A stretch of 62,508 nucleotides of DNA, the filler included, from Collodictyon triciliatum (taxonomy: Eukaryota), in NCBI GenBank assembly GCA_043381765.1. It is 6 parts of 6 records of this genome, joined end to end, with 100 filler letters (N's around TTAATTAATTAA, not from the genome) between each part and the next. Parts side by side here need not be neighbours in the genome. Positions count along the whole stretch, not along the records: positions 11,125 to 22,137 come from JBHJMP010002503.1; positions 22,238 to 33,245 come from JBHJMP010002504.1; positions 33,346 to 44,349 come from JBHJMP010002505.1; 3 more parts are not named here. The stretch is one strand, 5' to 3'. The notes under the pieces are model-generated. The model was not told the DNA's origin and ran no database searches. It worked only from the letters and a program-made list of their open reading frames with translations. Made by a program: the position numbers and the translations under genes. Positions 20,031 to 33,455 of the stretch are shown piece after piece (the first letter of the stretch is position 1; every line of letters starts with the position of its first letter).

Positions 20031-22137
20031 ATCACAATTTTACGACTGCAGCTTTGAAAAAATGTATGAATTTACGACTTACCTATTACATCCATAGGTA
20101 TCATTCTCATTTTCATCTTGGAAAATTCTTATTTCATTATTGATATCATCCCAAAAATAAGCACATCTATTCATTTTATCATAATTTGATGTTAATTGAC
20201 ACATAAAACGAAAAATGGTTGTGCTATTGATGAACTATAAACCTGAAGCGTATTATAATTTTATATATTTTTTTCAAAATCTCTGCAGGTAAACCTTCGA
20301 TAAAGCATGCATTTAATATCTTAGTATTGTGAAAAAATCAGTAAGTGATTGGCCATCATATTCTCCATATCAAATTTGTTTCTCGACAACTATTTATCAT
20401 AATTTTGTTGGATATATAGATGGTGCACTTTTTGATTCGAGTTTGTTTATATAAAATGGATACTTCAAATAACATATAAAATATTCAAGTTTGCAAATTT
20501 AGTCAATATTACATGAGTTTTGGTGTGTGCATTTACTTTTTCGAAGTATATTTAATTGTATTCAAAAATCTATCTTTAAGGGGTATCACCCTAAACAATG
20601 ATTTTTCATATCTATTTCATTCTCTACTGAATAGGTGTCGTTTCAAATAAGCGCATTGGTTTGATTGGAACGCTTTTTCATGTTGTGTGATGTTTTGGAG
20701 TCGTATATTTGTATATTGGATTATAAATAGTTTGTAATAATAGAATAGTCGGATTGTTTTGGCACATAAACAAGTCTCAGAACATCGGTAATCTGGTTGT
20801 GAGGAAATCGCGGTATTTGTTATATAAGCTATCAATTATAATCCTGCTGACGTTTACATCTAATCTAACATGCCACAAGTTGATCTATTTTTATATTTGT
20901 TTATCTTTTAGATTAAAAAAATCTTTGAAGGCTATAAACATATAATCATCATACACCACAGTAATAAGTTTTGATGCAGAAGGAAAAATAGGTTATAAAA
21001 ATATAAACTTTTTTATTGACAAATTTGACACAAAACTGTTTTAATCAGCGCTATGGTGCAATAAGAATTCAATGGCAGGATATATTTAAGAGATCCGAAA
21101 TCTTTCTCAATCAAGCAAAAAAATATTCAAATTAGTACATATAATAAATATTTTGACCAAAGGTTGTTACTTTTGGAAAAGTAAATACATTTTAAACAAA
21201 GGAATATAATATGAACTGATTGCATATAATATTAATCACCGCCTTGTATAATTTTCTCGGTTAAGAGCTCCAATAACCAATGATATCCACTGCAGCATAT
21301 AGGAAAGGTTTTTAAAAAACTTCAATTAGTATCTCAAATTTGGCATTAGCTAATATAATCAAAAAATTGCACATCACCAAGTTGTGTATCGTTTTGCTAT
21401 CCACTCCAGGAATATTTATTTCCAATACCCATCTCAATTATAAATAATGCCGCTTTCATAGATCAACTAAACTGCTTTCGATGTAGCTTGCTTGGATTTA
21501 TGTCAATAGCATGTGTTTCGCATTAATTTTTCTCAAAGTTAATCTTTATATTTGCATGACACTGTGGTTGTTAGACTATCAATATCCTTTCATGGCTTGC
21601 CTCATACCTTTTAGAAAAGATCGATGTCTATTCGTGCGTTAAGAAGTAATATGTTCTCAATCAACATATTACATCACACTTTATCATGCTTTTCAATTGC
21701 GCCTATCAAAAACTCTATACCGACACGAGCCTTTTACTGCACCCGAGGTGTCGAAGTAACAAAACTTTAAACGCTTGGTTCCCTATTTGAATTAGTTTTT
21801 TTCTCAAGCATACACGGAGTTGGTTGGTTGGTTCCTATTTCGATGATGTCTAAGTGACACGCGCCCTTCTCTTTGCCTGTTTCGACATGCATAATTGCGC
21901 GGTTTGTCAGTGAGAAATGCATTTTGTGCAGTTTAAGAAATATGTACCCTTTTTTTCCAAACCGTCGGCCGTTTGTACGAGACCCTCTCGACCGGACAGT
22001 CGATCGCTGGAAGTATACAGTTGTGTCCCCTAACCCGCAAACAATACCAACAAGCTTTTCTTCGTCGCGTAACTAAAAACCAAAAAACCCGCAAACAAAA
22101 AAAAAACAAAAAAACAAAAAAAACAAAAAAAACAAAA

Positions 22138-22237
22138 NNNNNNNNNNNNNNNNNNNNNNNNNNNNNNNNNNNNNNNNNNNNTTAATTAATTAANNNNNNN
22201 NNNNNNNNNNNNNNNNNNNNNNNNNNNNNNNNNNNNN
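22138..22237. other. Artificial contig spacer
   Basis: Same 100-nt spacer. Confidence 0.98.
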
Positions 22238-24007
22238 GAAGCGAATCACTCTTTTGTCGCTAGTTTTCTTTCCTATTTCTATTTCTATTTCTATTTCTAT
22301 TTCTATTTCTATTTCTATTTCTATTTCTATTTCTATTTCTATTTCTATTTCTATTTCTATTTCTATTTATTTTCTTTCAATTTGTGCGAGATGATGGAGG
22401 TATTATCTTTGGTTGTCTTGTATCTTGTTCATCTGCCACAGCTGCGTCGATCACCTAATTTTTTTGTTTGTATATAAGAAAGCGATTGTTATTTTTGATA
22501 TGGTTGAAAATACTTTTGGTCATGACAGGACAGGGCCGTCCCTTGATTAACATAACCCTTTGAATCATGAATAATTTACTTTATTTTCATTTTATTTTAA
22601 AAAAATCGGTCGTGGTTGGTTCCTAGTACTTACAATGTGAAATTGATGATATCATTTTAAAATATACGAACCAAAGCCAACATCCCCACCGCCCTGCACA
22701 AAATTGAAAGGAAGAATAAAAAAATCATTTTAAAATATAGATAATTCATATGCACCAAGCTCGTAATTTTTTCTTTTTTCCCCTTTCTATCAAAATTTAT
22801 GTTCAATTAACCAAGCAGCCGATGCAAATTTGGACAATATGAAACATGCAAGCTCATTTTGTCTTATCGAATATGAATTAATTTATATTTTCCTATAATT
22901 TCGGTAGGTTTATAATGGACTGTAGGAAAGTAGTGAGCATTAGCTGTCTTTTGAACTATTATATATTTCAATTCCTTTTCAAATTCACGCTGTTATTTTG
23001 TGGTCTTATGTATATCCCGGGGGTATTCCCTAAAAAATTAATATTTTTTGTCAACATTTCTTTTGATAGAAAGAGAACAATAGGTTTTGGACGCAACCGT
23101 TTGCTACGATGTAAGGATGATTTGAATCATTACTCTGCATAGGAGCCTCTTCTTTCTACCAAAACAAAACACTAATCATATGAAAGACTAATCCATATTA
23201 TTTATAGGAAAGGACTCGTTTTAGATAACCAAAAATATTTCCCGAATGGATCTATCCCCATGAGACCTTATAAATGTAATTTTATTTAGGAAAGAAAAGA
23301 AATAAAAAAAACCGAACAAAAATACAAACTAAACTAAACATCGAAACAAACAAACAAACAAACAAACAAACAAACAAACAAACAAACAAACAAACAAACA
23401 AACAAACAAAGAGGGAGAAGAGAATATTTTTCTTTTATAGAATGCTTAATACCCAAAAAAACACGTAAACATTACATCTACATATCATATGGACTCATGT
23501 TGGTTTGTTAAATTTTCGTAGCCCAGCACATTACACGTCAAACCCCTAATTTGAAAAGGATGGCACATGAAGTGTTTACAATCTATTGATATCCTTGTTA
23601 TTAAATTGTAATTATAATGAAACAGTATCGATTAAAACTATTGCATATAGAGACGCAATCTGGAAATGTTGCTCTTTATGAGATGCTATAGAGACCTATT
23701 GCTAACTGGTAGAGTTATCGAATGAATCTATAAATTTTTTGAATCAGACTTTAAGTTAAATGATTCTAAGATCAGATAATCAAATCATCATGTTCATGTC
23801 ATTCTAAAATATCTAGATTTCTGCCGTCATAGTAAAATAAAACATGGGCTTTTCTTCACCAAGTAACCTAAGCATATTAAAAACGGAAATTAGTCATAAA
23901 GTCCTTTTTTTTAATCAAAGTTTGTACATTTAATAAGTAATCTATTTGAAACTTAATTTACTCATCATTTTATATACACTAATATGTACATTCTCTGAAT
24001 AAGGTAC

Positions 24008-27000
24008 ATGAGGATTATAATAGCTGTGATTTTGGCGATACAATTTTTACTGTCACTTTCATATAGCAGGTAAGAGCTTGCACTTATTACTTTCATTTTA
24101 ATACCCCTAAATATAAATTTACCATAAAGTGCGTGCAAGTATTCCACGCAAGATCTTCTCGAGATGGATAGAAACAAGGCGTTTCATATTTTGCTTCATT
24201 ACTACAAAGATAGTTGTTATGGGCTGAATTTCAAGGCAGAAAAATATGAAGGCTTCGAGAGTAATATTTTCGAGGCGAAAACGCAAATTCCTATACTCGA
24301 TAGTGATTGCAACACAATTTTTTCAAAAAATGAGGACATGTATCAAATATTGGCACCCTATAACGTTTCATCTAAGACAGCCATTGATGAAGAGGAAACT
24401 CCAAATATATTTATTAAGGAAAAGGAAACCACAAATTACTTTATCTCTGATGAATTGCACCCAGAGAGGAGAGATAATATTGATACAAGTCCTACAAATC
24501 ATGCCGACTACAAAGTTATGATGGAGTTATATGACCTTTTGGATGGAAAAAATTGGTTTCAAAATTATGGTTGGGATAGTGAGGATACACCCGTTTGCGA
24601 GTGGTATGGAGTTTCATGCAAAAAATGCTCAAAGTATGATACGGATTTACAGGTACCTTTTTTTTTAAAAAAAAAAAAAAGAAAAAGAGCTCAATTGTAT
24701 GTTAAAATTATAGTTTTGGCTTAATCTCTTAAAAATTTAGTATGGAAATTTCTCGGTCAGGTGCTTGGAGCTATCTGGAAATAATCTCATCGGCAACATT
24801 TCTGAAGTGTCTCGTGCTATTAAGGGATTTACAAACTTGACTGTGGTTGACTTCAGTAATAACAAGATATATGGAAAGTTGCATGACTTTGACCTACCTA
24901 AGATGATACTTTTGAATTTGTATGTAAACGAGTTGACAGGAACTGTTCCTGATTTTCAAGGAATGCCAAAAATTAGGCATTTTGAAATCGATGGAAACCC
25001 CTTGGAAGGTACAGTCCCAGATTTTTCAGGCATGCAGAATTTAGAATACTTCTGGGTTGGTGCCACGACAAAGATTTACGGTGAAGCTCTGTCACACAAC
25101 AAAAAGAATCAAACAAAAAAAAATCAAACAAAAATATTCACACAAAAATAATCAAATAAATGAACAAAAAATATTGTTTTAATTTCCATCCGAACCTATT
25201 CAGGAACTCTCTACAACTTTTGCTGCTTACCAAACGTTACAGTGTTTGGGATTTATGGAACCAGCATTAGTGGTATATTCTCCTATTTATTCAATATGAT
25301 ATTTTTTTATCTATTCGATTCAATTTTTTGAATATGATATAATTGATTCGAAGAACAAAATTTTCTAGGTACAATTCCAAACTTTACCAAGTTAAAAAGA
25401 ATCACTCGAATAAGCTTCTACGGAAACAAACTTAATGGTAAACAAGCGCCTTTCCCTTTTCTGAAATTTTCTCCTTTTTGTATTCTTTCTTTCAATTTTG
25501 TGCAGGATGGTGGAGGTGTTGGCTTTTCTGAAATTTTCTTAAAAGTGATATTCTCATTTTGCGCAAAATGAACTCTATTTCTTTTGAAACCATAATTACA
25601 GGAACAATACCTGATTTTGAGCATATAAATACATTGAGGATATTCGACATCACAAATAATGACATTTCAGGTATAATTTCCTACATGAAAACACGATTTG
25701 TGATTATTTCGGTAATAATCAGTTGTAATCTACAGGTACCATTCCCAACTTCAAGAATCTCGGTAATCTGAATTCGATCAGTTTGTCAGGAAATAGATTG
25801 CAAGGTGCACATTTTCATTTGACCATACATTTTGGGAAAAAAATAGATAATATCTTCAACACTTTGTCTGTAAGGACCTAATCGAAGAAAAATGCAGGAG
25901 AAATCCCTCAATTTGACAACTTAAGAAACCTCAAAAAATTTGCATCAGTTAGAAACTCTCATGAAGGCAAAATTCCGAGTTTTGAAAAGTGCCCCCTTAT
26001 TGAAAACATCGTTATTTTCATGAATAATTTATCTGGTTCTTTGCCAAGATACTTACCCCAAAGTGTTCTGAAGCTTGACTTTAGTGAAAATAACATATCT
26101 GGCCCTATTCCAGACACTTGGAACATCTCGTCTATTCAATATATTGACCTTTCAAAGAACAAGCTGAACGGCACAATACCTCCAAGCTTTTCAAAATTTT
26201 ACAGTCTAAGAACTTTGATTTTATCTGGAAACAAGTTTACTGGTCAATTCCCAAAAACCTTTTGGAACCTCCCAAGCTTATCATACATAGACATAAGTTC
26301 CAACCGATTTTCTGGAAATCTGGGAGCCTTTATAGCCCCTCCGTTCTTGGAAAAGAATACAAATTATTCTTATGAAACTCTCATTCTTGATGACAACCAG
26401 ATAAGTGGCGCTCTGAATAGCTGGATTTTTACTTACGTCAGGAATGTCAAGTTTTTAAGCATCCGAAACAACAACATAAATCGACTCGGAGACATCTTTG
26501 TTTTATCAGAATGGAGGAGACTAGACTTATCTGGTAATCCGATATATGGAGCCATACCCGAATCATACAACCGATTCTCTAAATTGGAGTTCCTAGGGCT
26601 AAAAAATACCACCTTGAACCACGGAAACATGAAATTACTCCCATCATTTATGGAGGCTACAAATTCGTATACCTTACAAGACTCTACAAATTCTTTTTTG
26701 TGTCCGTTAGTAATATCGAGAGCCAACGCCGTGGAATTAAGTGTTTATTTAGATCCAGAATACTACAATCACACATTATGTCGATGTCTTCCAAACTACT
26801 TTGGCTTTGGGAATCAATGTCAACTCTGCTCCTCCATGTGTGACTGCAGTAATGGCAAAGTTTTACGAAAATGTTTCGCATCACCAAACCCGTATGGTAT
26901 GACGGCGATTGTCCCATGTCCAAGACCTGAATCTTGCATTACAATAATGCCTGAAATATCTTCAGACACTACGGAGCCGCCTAGGACAGTTTCAACATGC

Positions 27001-28643
27001 GAACGAGGCTATGAAGGGAGAGCGTGTTCAAAGTGTCAAAAAGGATATGGAAGACAAGGTCGTATGTGCGTCGAGTGCCAGGATGGTTCTTTATACTCTA
27101 CTCTTATTATTGGTCCAATAGGTTTCGTCATCTTAATAGTATACCTATTTTTGACTGAACTAAGTACATCAGGTATTATTACTCTATTTTCAGAATAATC
27201 GAATAATATTACGATCATATTTCTCTAAGAAACGTATTCTTATCGTTAGCCAAGCTTCGAATCGTCCTTTTCCACATGCAAACGTTGTCAATATTATCAT
27301 CTGGAATTACGGACTCTGAGGGTTCAAACAAATTCATCGAACTGTCTTTTTCTTTGGGTTCGATTCAGCTGCCAAATTCAGACTGCATTCAAGGGTCAAC
27401 CGAAATATTAAATTCGCTGTTGTTTAGTTTCTCGAGAATCCCTCTTTTCATAATCGTTGGCGCCATATGTTTTTTGTTAAGCCGCGGCAACACACCCAAT
27501 AAGGTTAAATATAGAAATAGTACAAATGTATGATATTGTAATATGCTGATAACCAGATTATTAAATTTTCACATCGATCGGTGTTTCATCATATTTTCTC
27601 TAAATTTTTCTTGGTGGCTAATGAAAGGTTGTATTCATCACCATCAATCTGCTATTTTACATCTACTACTCGATTGCAAAAGAAGTATTTGGCGTCTTTG
27701 GGTGTACAGTTTACGATGAAGGGGAAGGAACATGGTATCTTAACAGTGCCCCGTGGGTTGCATGTAGTCCTGCCTCAGAGGAATATAAAAGCTTGATAGG
27801 AGTAGCCATTGCAGTATTCATCTTTTTTTTGATAGGATATCCAATTTTCATCTGGTGGGCGATTAAAGATATGCACGAGTACTCGAGTTATGATAGCAAA
27901 ACACGCTATGGATTTCTGTACTTCCCTTACAAAGAAGTATGATATACTGGTTTTTTTTTTTATTCGTCCTTTCAATCAAAATTATGCTCTATTAGAATTA
28001 TTTGCTTAGAAAAAAAGTTTTTTTATGATTCCGGCTTCCAATTGATGCTTTGGACTACCGTTTCAACATCTTTATCGGACTTGTTTTTCTATTCATTTCC
28101 TTTAAGAGCTATAGGTACTGGGAATTCGCAATCATCCTCCGTCGTATCGCCTTTTCCTTCGTGATGGGCGTCGTTCCTTACACAGAACCTCCAGTTTTCT
28201 TCCTTTTGATTATCATTATAATTCAAGTAAAGGCATTTTTATGGAATAACTCCATGAGTCTGGTTCAAAAGAAAATCACACATAAATTAAGTATAAGTGG
28301 TTGTAATTGAATTGAATAAAGAAAATTCGCAATCGCTAAACTATAACATGTGGGCTAGGTTTCTCTTTGGAAACACAGCGATCACTACCCATACTTATCG
28401 AAGGTTGATAATCGATTGGAACTATCAAGCCTCTATGTGATTTTCATTTCGTTCTTCTTGGCCTTGCTCTCAAGCTTTATTGGCCACGAGCTCTGGATTA
28501 CAATAGTTTTAGTGGTCATTAATTTTATTTGGCTCTTATATGGTGCAATTAGTCCTTTTTTGGTGCCGTATTTACAAGGAGATAAGCGCATCAATTGGAA
28601 ACTTGTTGAAATGAAAATCTTGACCAGGAGACGAGTTCTCTAA
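24008..28643 (+). CDS. LRR ectodomain + Cys-rich region + multi-pass TM receptor-like protein
   Basis: Signal peptide MRIIIAVILAIQFLLSLSYS; LRR cap WFQNYGWDSEDTPVCEWYGVSC; LxLxxNxLxGxIP repeats; CERGYEGRACSKCQKGY; TM region with RYGFLYFPYKE and YWEFAIILRR. Confidence 0.85.
25293..25340 (-). mobile_element. Tiny retro-insert, degenerate copy C
   Basis: AATATGATAT at 25293-25302 and 25331-25340 flanks TTTTTTATCTATTCGATTCAA...; intronic. Confidence 0.55.
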
Positions 28644-28865
28644 GAATTGATTGAGAGGCGAATAATAAAATCTCAACAAATTTATGTGAGTGCTCAAGAG
28701 AATTTGTAATCGATTGTGCGCGATAAACCGTCTTCTATCTTAGTTTCGTTGGACACAGTAGCCAAACTAATTTTTTTTATCTTTGAAGTGTATAATACTC
28801 ATGAAGTATTTATTTTTATCCAGACGGATAATCATGCGCTGCATTTATTTAAATATTTATTATTT

Positions 28866-28948
<83 letters not shown>

Positions 28949-28966
28949 CTTATTTATTTATTTATT
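28866..28966. repeat. (TTTA)n microsatellite
   Basis: Tetramer run. Confidence 0.95.
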
Positions 28967-29419
28967 TGACTTTTGGGACGAGTATCACTGATGTTTATGA
29001 ACTCTTTTTGCAAGATCGTCCGGAACATGGCTCCCAATCTAAAATAGTGTGTGAGGCATGAATACAGCATAACAAAATATGGGTGGTATTGGTGCGCTAT
29101 TCATCTTACAAAGAAGGACGGCTCTCCCGATGTCTTTTGTTGCGTCGGCTTTGATTGCCTTGTTTTGTTGAGTTTTGTTCTTGTATTGACAATAGGAGGT
29201 TGATTACTAGGGTCATAAAATTGTTGTTAATCTAAATATATTTTAAAAAATGTTCAGCTCCCACGAAGGAAATCAAGCAAAAGCATCATGACGAAGTTGT
29301 AATTTTTTGGTCATTGAAAATACTAATAGTAATCATAAATTTGGAATCCTATAACTTAAATTGAGACAAATATAACCATATTTCTTCCTTTACTCGCTTC
29401 CAATAAACAAAAAAAAAAT

Positions 29420-30398
29420 CAACCTCATTACACCAGATGAAATCACATTATCCCTGCGCCGCTCAACTAGATGCTGTTGATCTGATGTAACCTCCTTCTT
29501 TGGTATCAGTGATATCGTGCTAGAATCCATAACGGGAACCACAACACTAACAGATTCGTGCAGCTTTATCTCATGAGTCTTCTCGTGTAAAACAGAGTTT
29601 ACAGACACCCCAGACTCAACAGTTGCGATGCTCTGATTTCCTAGTTTTTTGTTAGCTGGAAATGGCATTCAATTATCACGAGAATCTGCCTGGTCACTGA
29701 AGAAGGATTGAATATCCCCAACCATGTATAGGTTTATGAACGAATACATAATAAAGAAAGGATGATGTTTTTATACAACCAATTGGGTTATAGATATCAT
29801 ATTATCAAGGGTTCTTTAGCGGTTGGTATCTAAGAAAAATAAAATAAGATAACATAATGATGATAATGATATGGATGTATGTAATATTCAGAAAAGTGAC
29901 CATAGTGAACCTATTTCTTTGAGCTTCTGAATATCGATTGGAGCAACCTGGTTTTTGGATGACCTAGCATTTTCCTTCTTCATTACTGCATTCCTATACA
30001 ACTAGTGGGAAAGATAAAACAAGATAAAATAAGTCCTAATCCCCAATCTTATTCACATGAAAGAAAGCAAAACTTCAATAGCCCAAATAATGCTTCTGAT
30101 GGAGCTGATCTTGGAGACAAAAAAAAAAACAAGGAAATATAAGAGAGAGAACAGAATGTGTATAGGAAGAGTGAGTGGCTAGCATGACGGTGGCAGGGAA
30201 GAATAGGCGAGGAACAAAAAAAAAAAACAGTATGAAAGATCAACATCAAAAAGAAGAAGAAAAAGTAAAACACACCTCCTCTACGAGACGACGGGCTATT
30301 GCGAGCCTCACAAGTTCCTCCTGTATAAAGAATATTTCTCGGGCTGTTTTCTCCTCATCGAACGGCTCTTCTTTCGACCCGGTGGTTGGAAGCGCCAT
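29420..30398 (-). CDS. Uncharacterised spliced gene, divergent from RPL17; 3' end not resolved
   Basis: MALPTTGSKEEPFDEEKTAREIFFIQEELVRLAIARRLVEE followed by a GT donor; further exon-like blocks near 29910-29993 and 29425-29725. Confidence 0.45.
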
Positions 30399-30972
30399 GT
30401 CATGCACGACTCGGCTTCTTGGGATATTCCTGCCTTTCAGTCCGCCGGATAAAGAACCACGGAAGCGCGAGAGCCAAAGACCAGCAAGGCGCAGACCCCA
30501 ACGGTATCAGTTCTGGAATTTATAATAATTTCATCTTTTGACAGAAAAAATCAATAGTTCTGATATTATAAATCTAGCAAAACTCCCATAATATAATATA
30601 CATATCTTATTTATAGGTTTACACGATGATTTTCCCTTTCTAATGCTCACAACCAAGTTTTCTACACCGTGTTCTAATTAATCCTACGCAGTGCACTGAT
30701 TTGGACATGTGTGGAAATCATTTGATGCGGAACTAAGCAAAATTCAATATAATTATTCATACCATAAGAGTAATACAAATAAGGATATTAGGCGAGAAAA
30801 TTTGTGCATGGGAGAATTTCTCGACAGATTTTTTCGTTATGAGATTCTTGCGATCTATCGGCTACATCACAAAATCTCTTTATCTTCCTCATCCCGTTGG
30901 AACCCTGCGACTCGGTAGAATACCGCATATCCGCCGGAAGAAACAGCCCGAAGCTTCTCACTAGAGGAAAAA

Positions 30973-32349
30973 ATGGTCAAGAAGTACTCCAAGATCCCCA
31001 AAAACGTCGAGAAGAGTGAGTACCTAACTGCCCCCTTTTCATTTTATCTTGCTCACCCCTCTGCAAGCCCTGAACAACACAAGGTCTGGACATCATCGAT
31101 AAGGCACCAATTACAGAATGGCGCTGGAATGAATTAGGATTTTATCTATTTCGGTGAGGAGGTTTTGGGCATTTTTGAATCAAGTATCGTGCCTATCGTG
31201 CTCCGATGGATTATTCAAACGAGGATTTAAGAAATTGTTGCCTAATTTTGCCAACTGAATAGAAATCGATCACATTTGGCACAATAAGGCCATTCCTTGA
31301 TACTGATCATCCAGAACCCCACTGCCACTCCATTTCAAGGGAAACACTCACCTCTTTGTGTGCCCATGTTGTCGGTTACAGACTCTCAGAGTCCCAATGA
31401 TCGAATCTGTTGAGATCACACCAAACCACACGCGATCTAAGCTTTACTGGAAGGCACAGGTCATAGCACTAGTAGCTTCCCAGCAAGGAGCAAGTCAAAC
31501 AACAAACCCGTGGCCTGAGCAGATCCTTTCGTCTTCGACACTTTCACTGCGAAGCCTTAGACCCTCTGAAATCTCGCCTCTATCTGACCTCACTCTCCTT
31601 CTCACTAGGCTGCAAGGCTAGCGGCTCTGACCTCCGTGTTCACTTCAAGGTAATGAAACCTCTAACCCCCCAACTTAAATACACACCAGTTTCTCACAGA
31701 AGTTGCCAGAAGGCCTGCGCTGTGGAATAACACGTTATCTTGCCCTATAGAACACCCGCGAAACCGCCGGAGCCCTCAAGGGACTGAAGCTCAAGGAGGC
31801 CCAGAGCTTCCTCAAGGACGTCATTGCCAAGAAGCGCATCGTCCCCTTCCGTCGCTTCAAGGGAGGAGTTGGCCGCAAGGCTCAAGTCAAAGGTACCGGA
31901 GCCACTCAGGGACGCTGGCCCGAGAAGTCTGCCCGCTACCTTCTCTCCCTGCTGGAGAACGCCCAGAGCAATGCTGAGGTAGGACTGCATGAAACCCCCT
32001 TCTCTCCTCCACGCAAGTCCACGGGTCAGACGTTCCAGTCCACGACGAGTGAACGTGGACAAAGCACTGTGAAAAGGGCACTGGCTAATCAACCAACTTG
32101 TCTCTGTTCGACTAGGCCAAGTCCCTGAACCTGGACAACCTCTTCATCTCCCACATCCAAGTGAACCAGGCTCAACGCCAGCGCCGCCGCACATACCGCG
32201 CCCACGGTCGCATCGGGCCGTACGTGTGCAGCCCCTGCCACGTGGAGATGATCCTGACGGAGAAGGTCAAGAACATCAAGGTTGCCTCTGCCCCTTCAGC
32301 CCCCTCCAAGAAGGCCCCTGCCAAGACCATCGCTGAGACCACGGCCTAA
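30973..32349 (+). CDS. RPL17: 60S ribosomal protein L17 (uL22), 4 exons
   Basis: [41 protein letters not shown]/..[28 protein letters not shown]. Confidence 0.97.
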
Positions 32350-33010
32350 ACAACCCCCGTAAAACCCCCCAGTGCATTCAGAAGCAAGCTAGAAACACCG
32401 CCTCGGTTGAAGACTACCAACCCGTCTTTCTTTTTGCCCATTTTCAACGCCGTCCACCCCGAGAGGATACGATTTGTAGATACCACAGGTTGTTGCTAAC
32501 ATGGACATTATGTTTGTGTGTGTGCGCACGATTCCATCATAGATGTGTGACTCGAAGGGTTCCATGCATCGTGAAACAGAGTCTGGTTCAGCGACTCGGA
32601 CACGAGTGATGGCCGCAGGTTTATTCTATGACGGGGTTTTATCGAACTACGCCACGAAGCCGCGCCAGCCTTTATTGCCGTTCACAATCATGTCCGTCTT
32701 CAACTTTATTATCGTCGGACGGAGCGTGTGGGGTGGGAATAGCTTAGCGTTTAATCCGGGTGTTTGTATGTGGGGGAAGACGAAGAGGAGGAGGAGAGAG
32801 TCATTCGGGAGAGTGCCGCGGACCTGCAGAAGCCGGCAGGGCGAGAATAAGGTTAGCTTGTCTTTCGGTTGTTTTTTTCTTTTCTTTTTCGTGCGGACGA
32901 GGGCGAAGCAGAAGCAGCAGGCGGGTGTGCGGCGCCCTTTGCGGACGCGTTCTGCTTCGTTCTCGCTGTCTTTGGTGCGCGGCCGGCGGGCGGGAATCTG
33001 CTGCGGCGGA

Positions 33011-33093
33011 CTAATACAGAGTGCGGATGTCCTGTCGGTCGAAGGGTGTGCGGCAGTCGGGGCATCTTCGGCTCCGTGTGCTGATCGACCGCT
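33011..33093 (-). CDS. Terminal exon of a BRE1/RNF20-like RING E3 ligase (rest lost at contig end)
   Basis: After a CAACAG acceptor the exon reads RSISTRSRRCPDCRTPFDRQDIRTLY*, like the BRE1 C-terminus (R-x-R-K-C-P-x-C-x3-F-x3-D-x4-Y). Confidence 0.6.
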
Positions 33094-33245
33094 CTGTTGT
33101 GTGTCGTGTTTTGTGTGTGTGTGTTGGTGGTGGTGAGAAATAAAAAAGAGAATAAAAAAAGAGAGAATAAAAAAAGAGAGAATAAAAAAAGAGAGAATAA
33201 AAAAAGAGAGAATAAAAAAAGAGAGAATAAAAAAAGAGAGAATAA

Positions 33246-33345
33246 NNNNNNNNNNNNNNNNNNNNNNNNNNNNNNNNNNNNNNNNNNNNTTAATTAATTA
33301 ANNNNNNNNNNNNNNNNNNNNNNNNNNNNNNNNNNNNNNNNNNNN
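33246..33345. other. Artificial contig spacer
   Basis: Same 100-nt spacer. Confidence 0.98.
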
Positions 33346-33394
<49 letters not shown>

Positions 33395-33455
33395 AAAAAA
33401 GCCTCGCAAAGTACCTTGTTAATTTCATATAAAATGATGAGCCCTTACTTAACCA

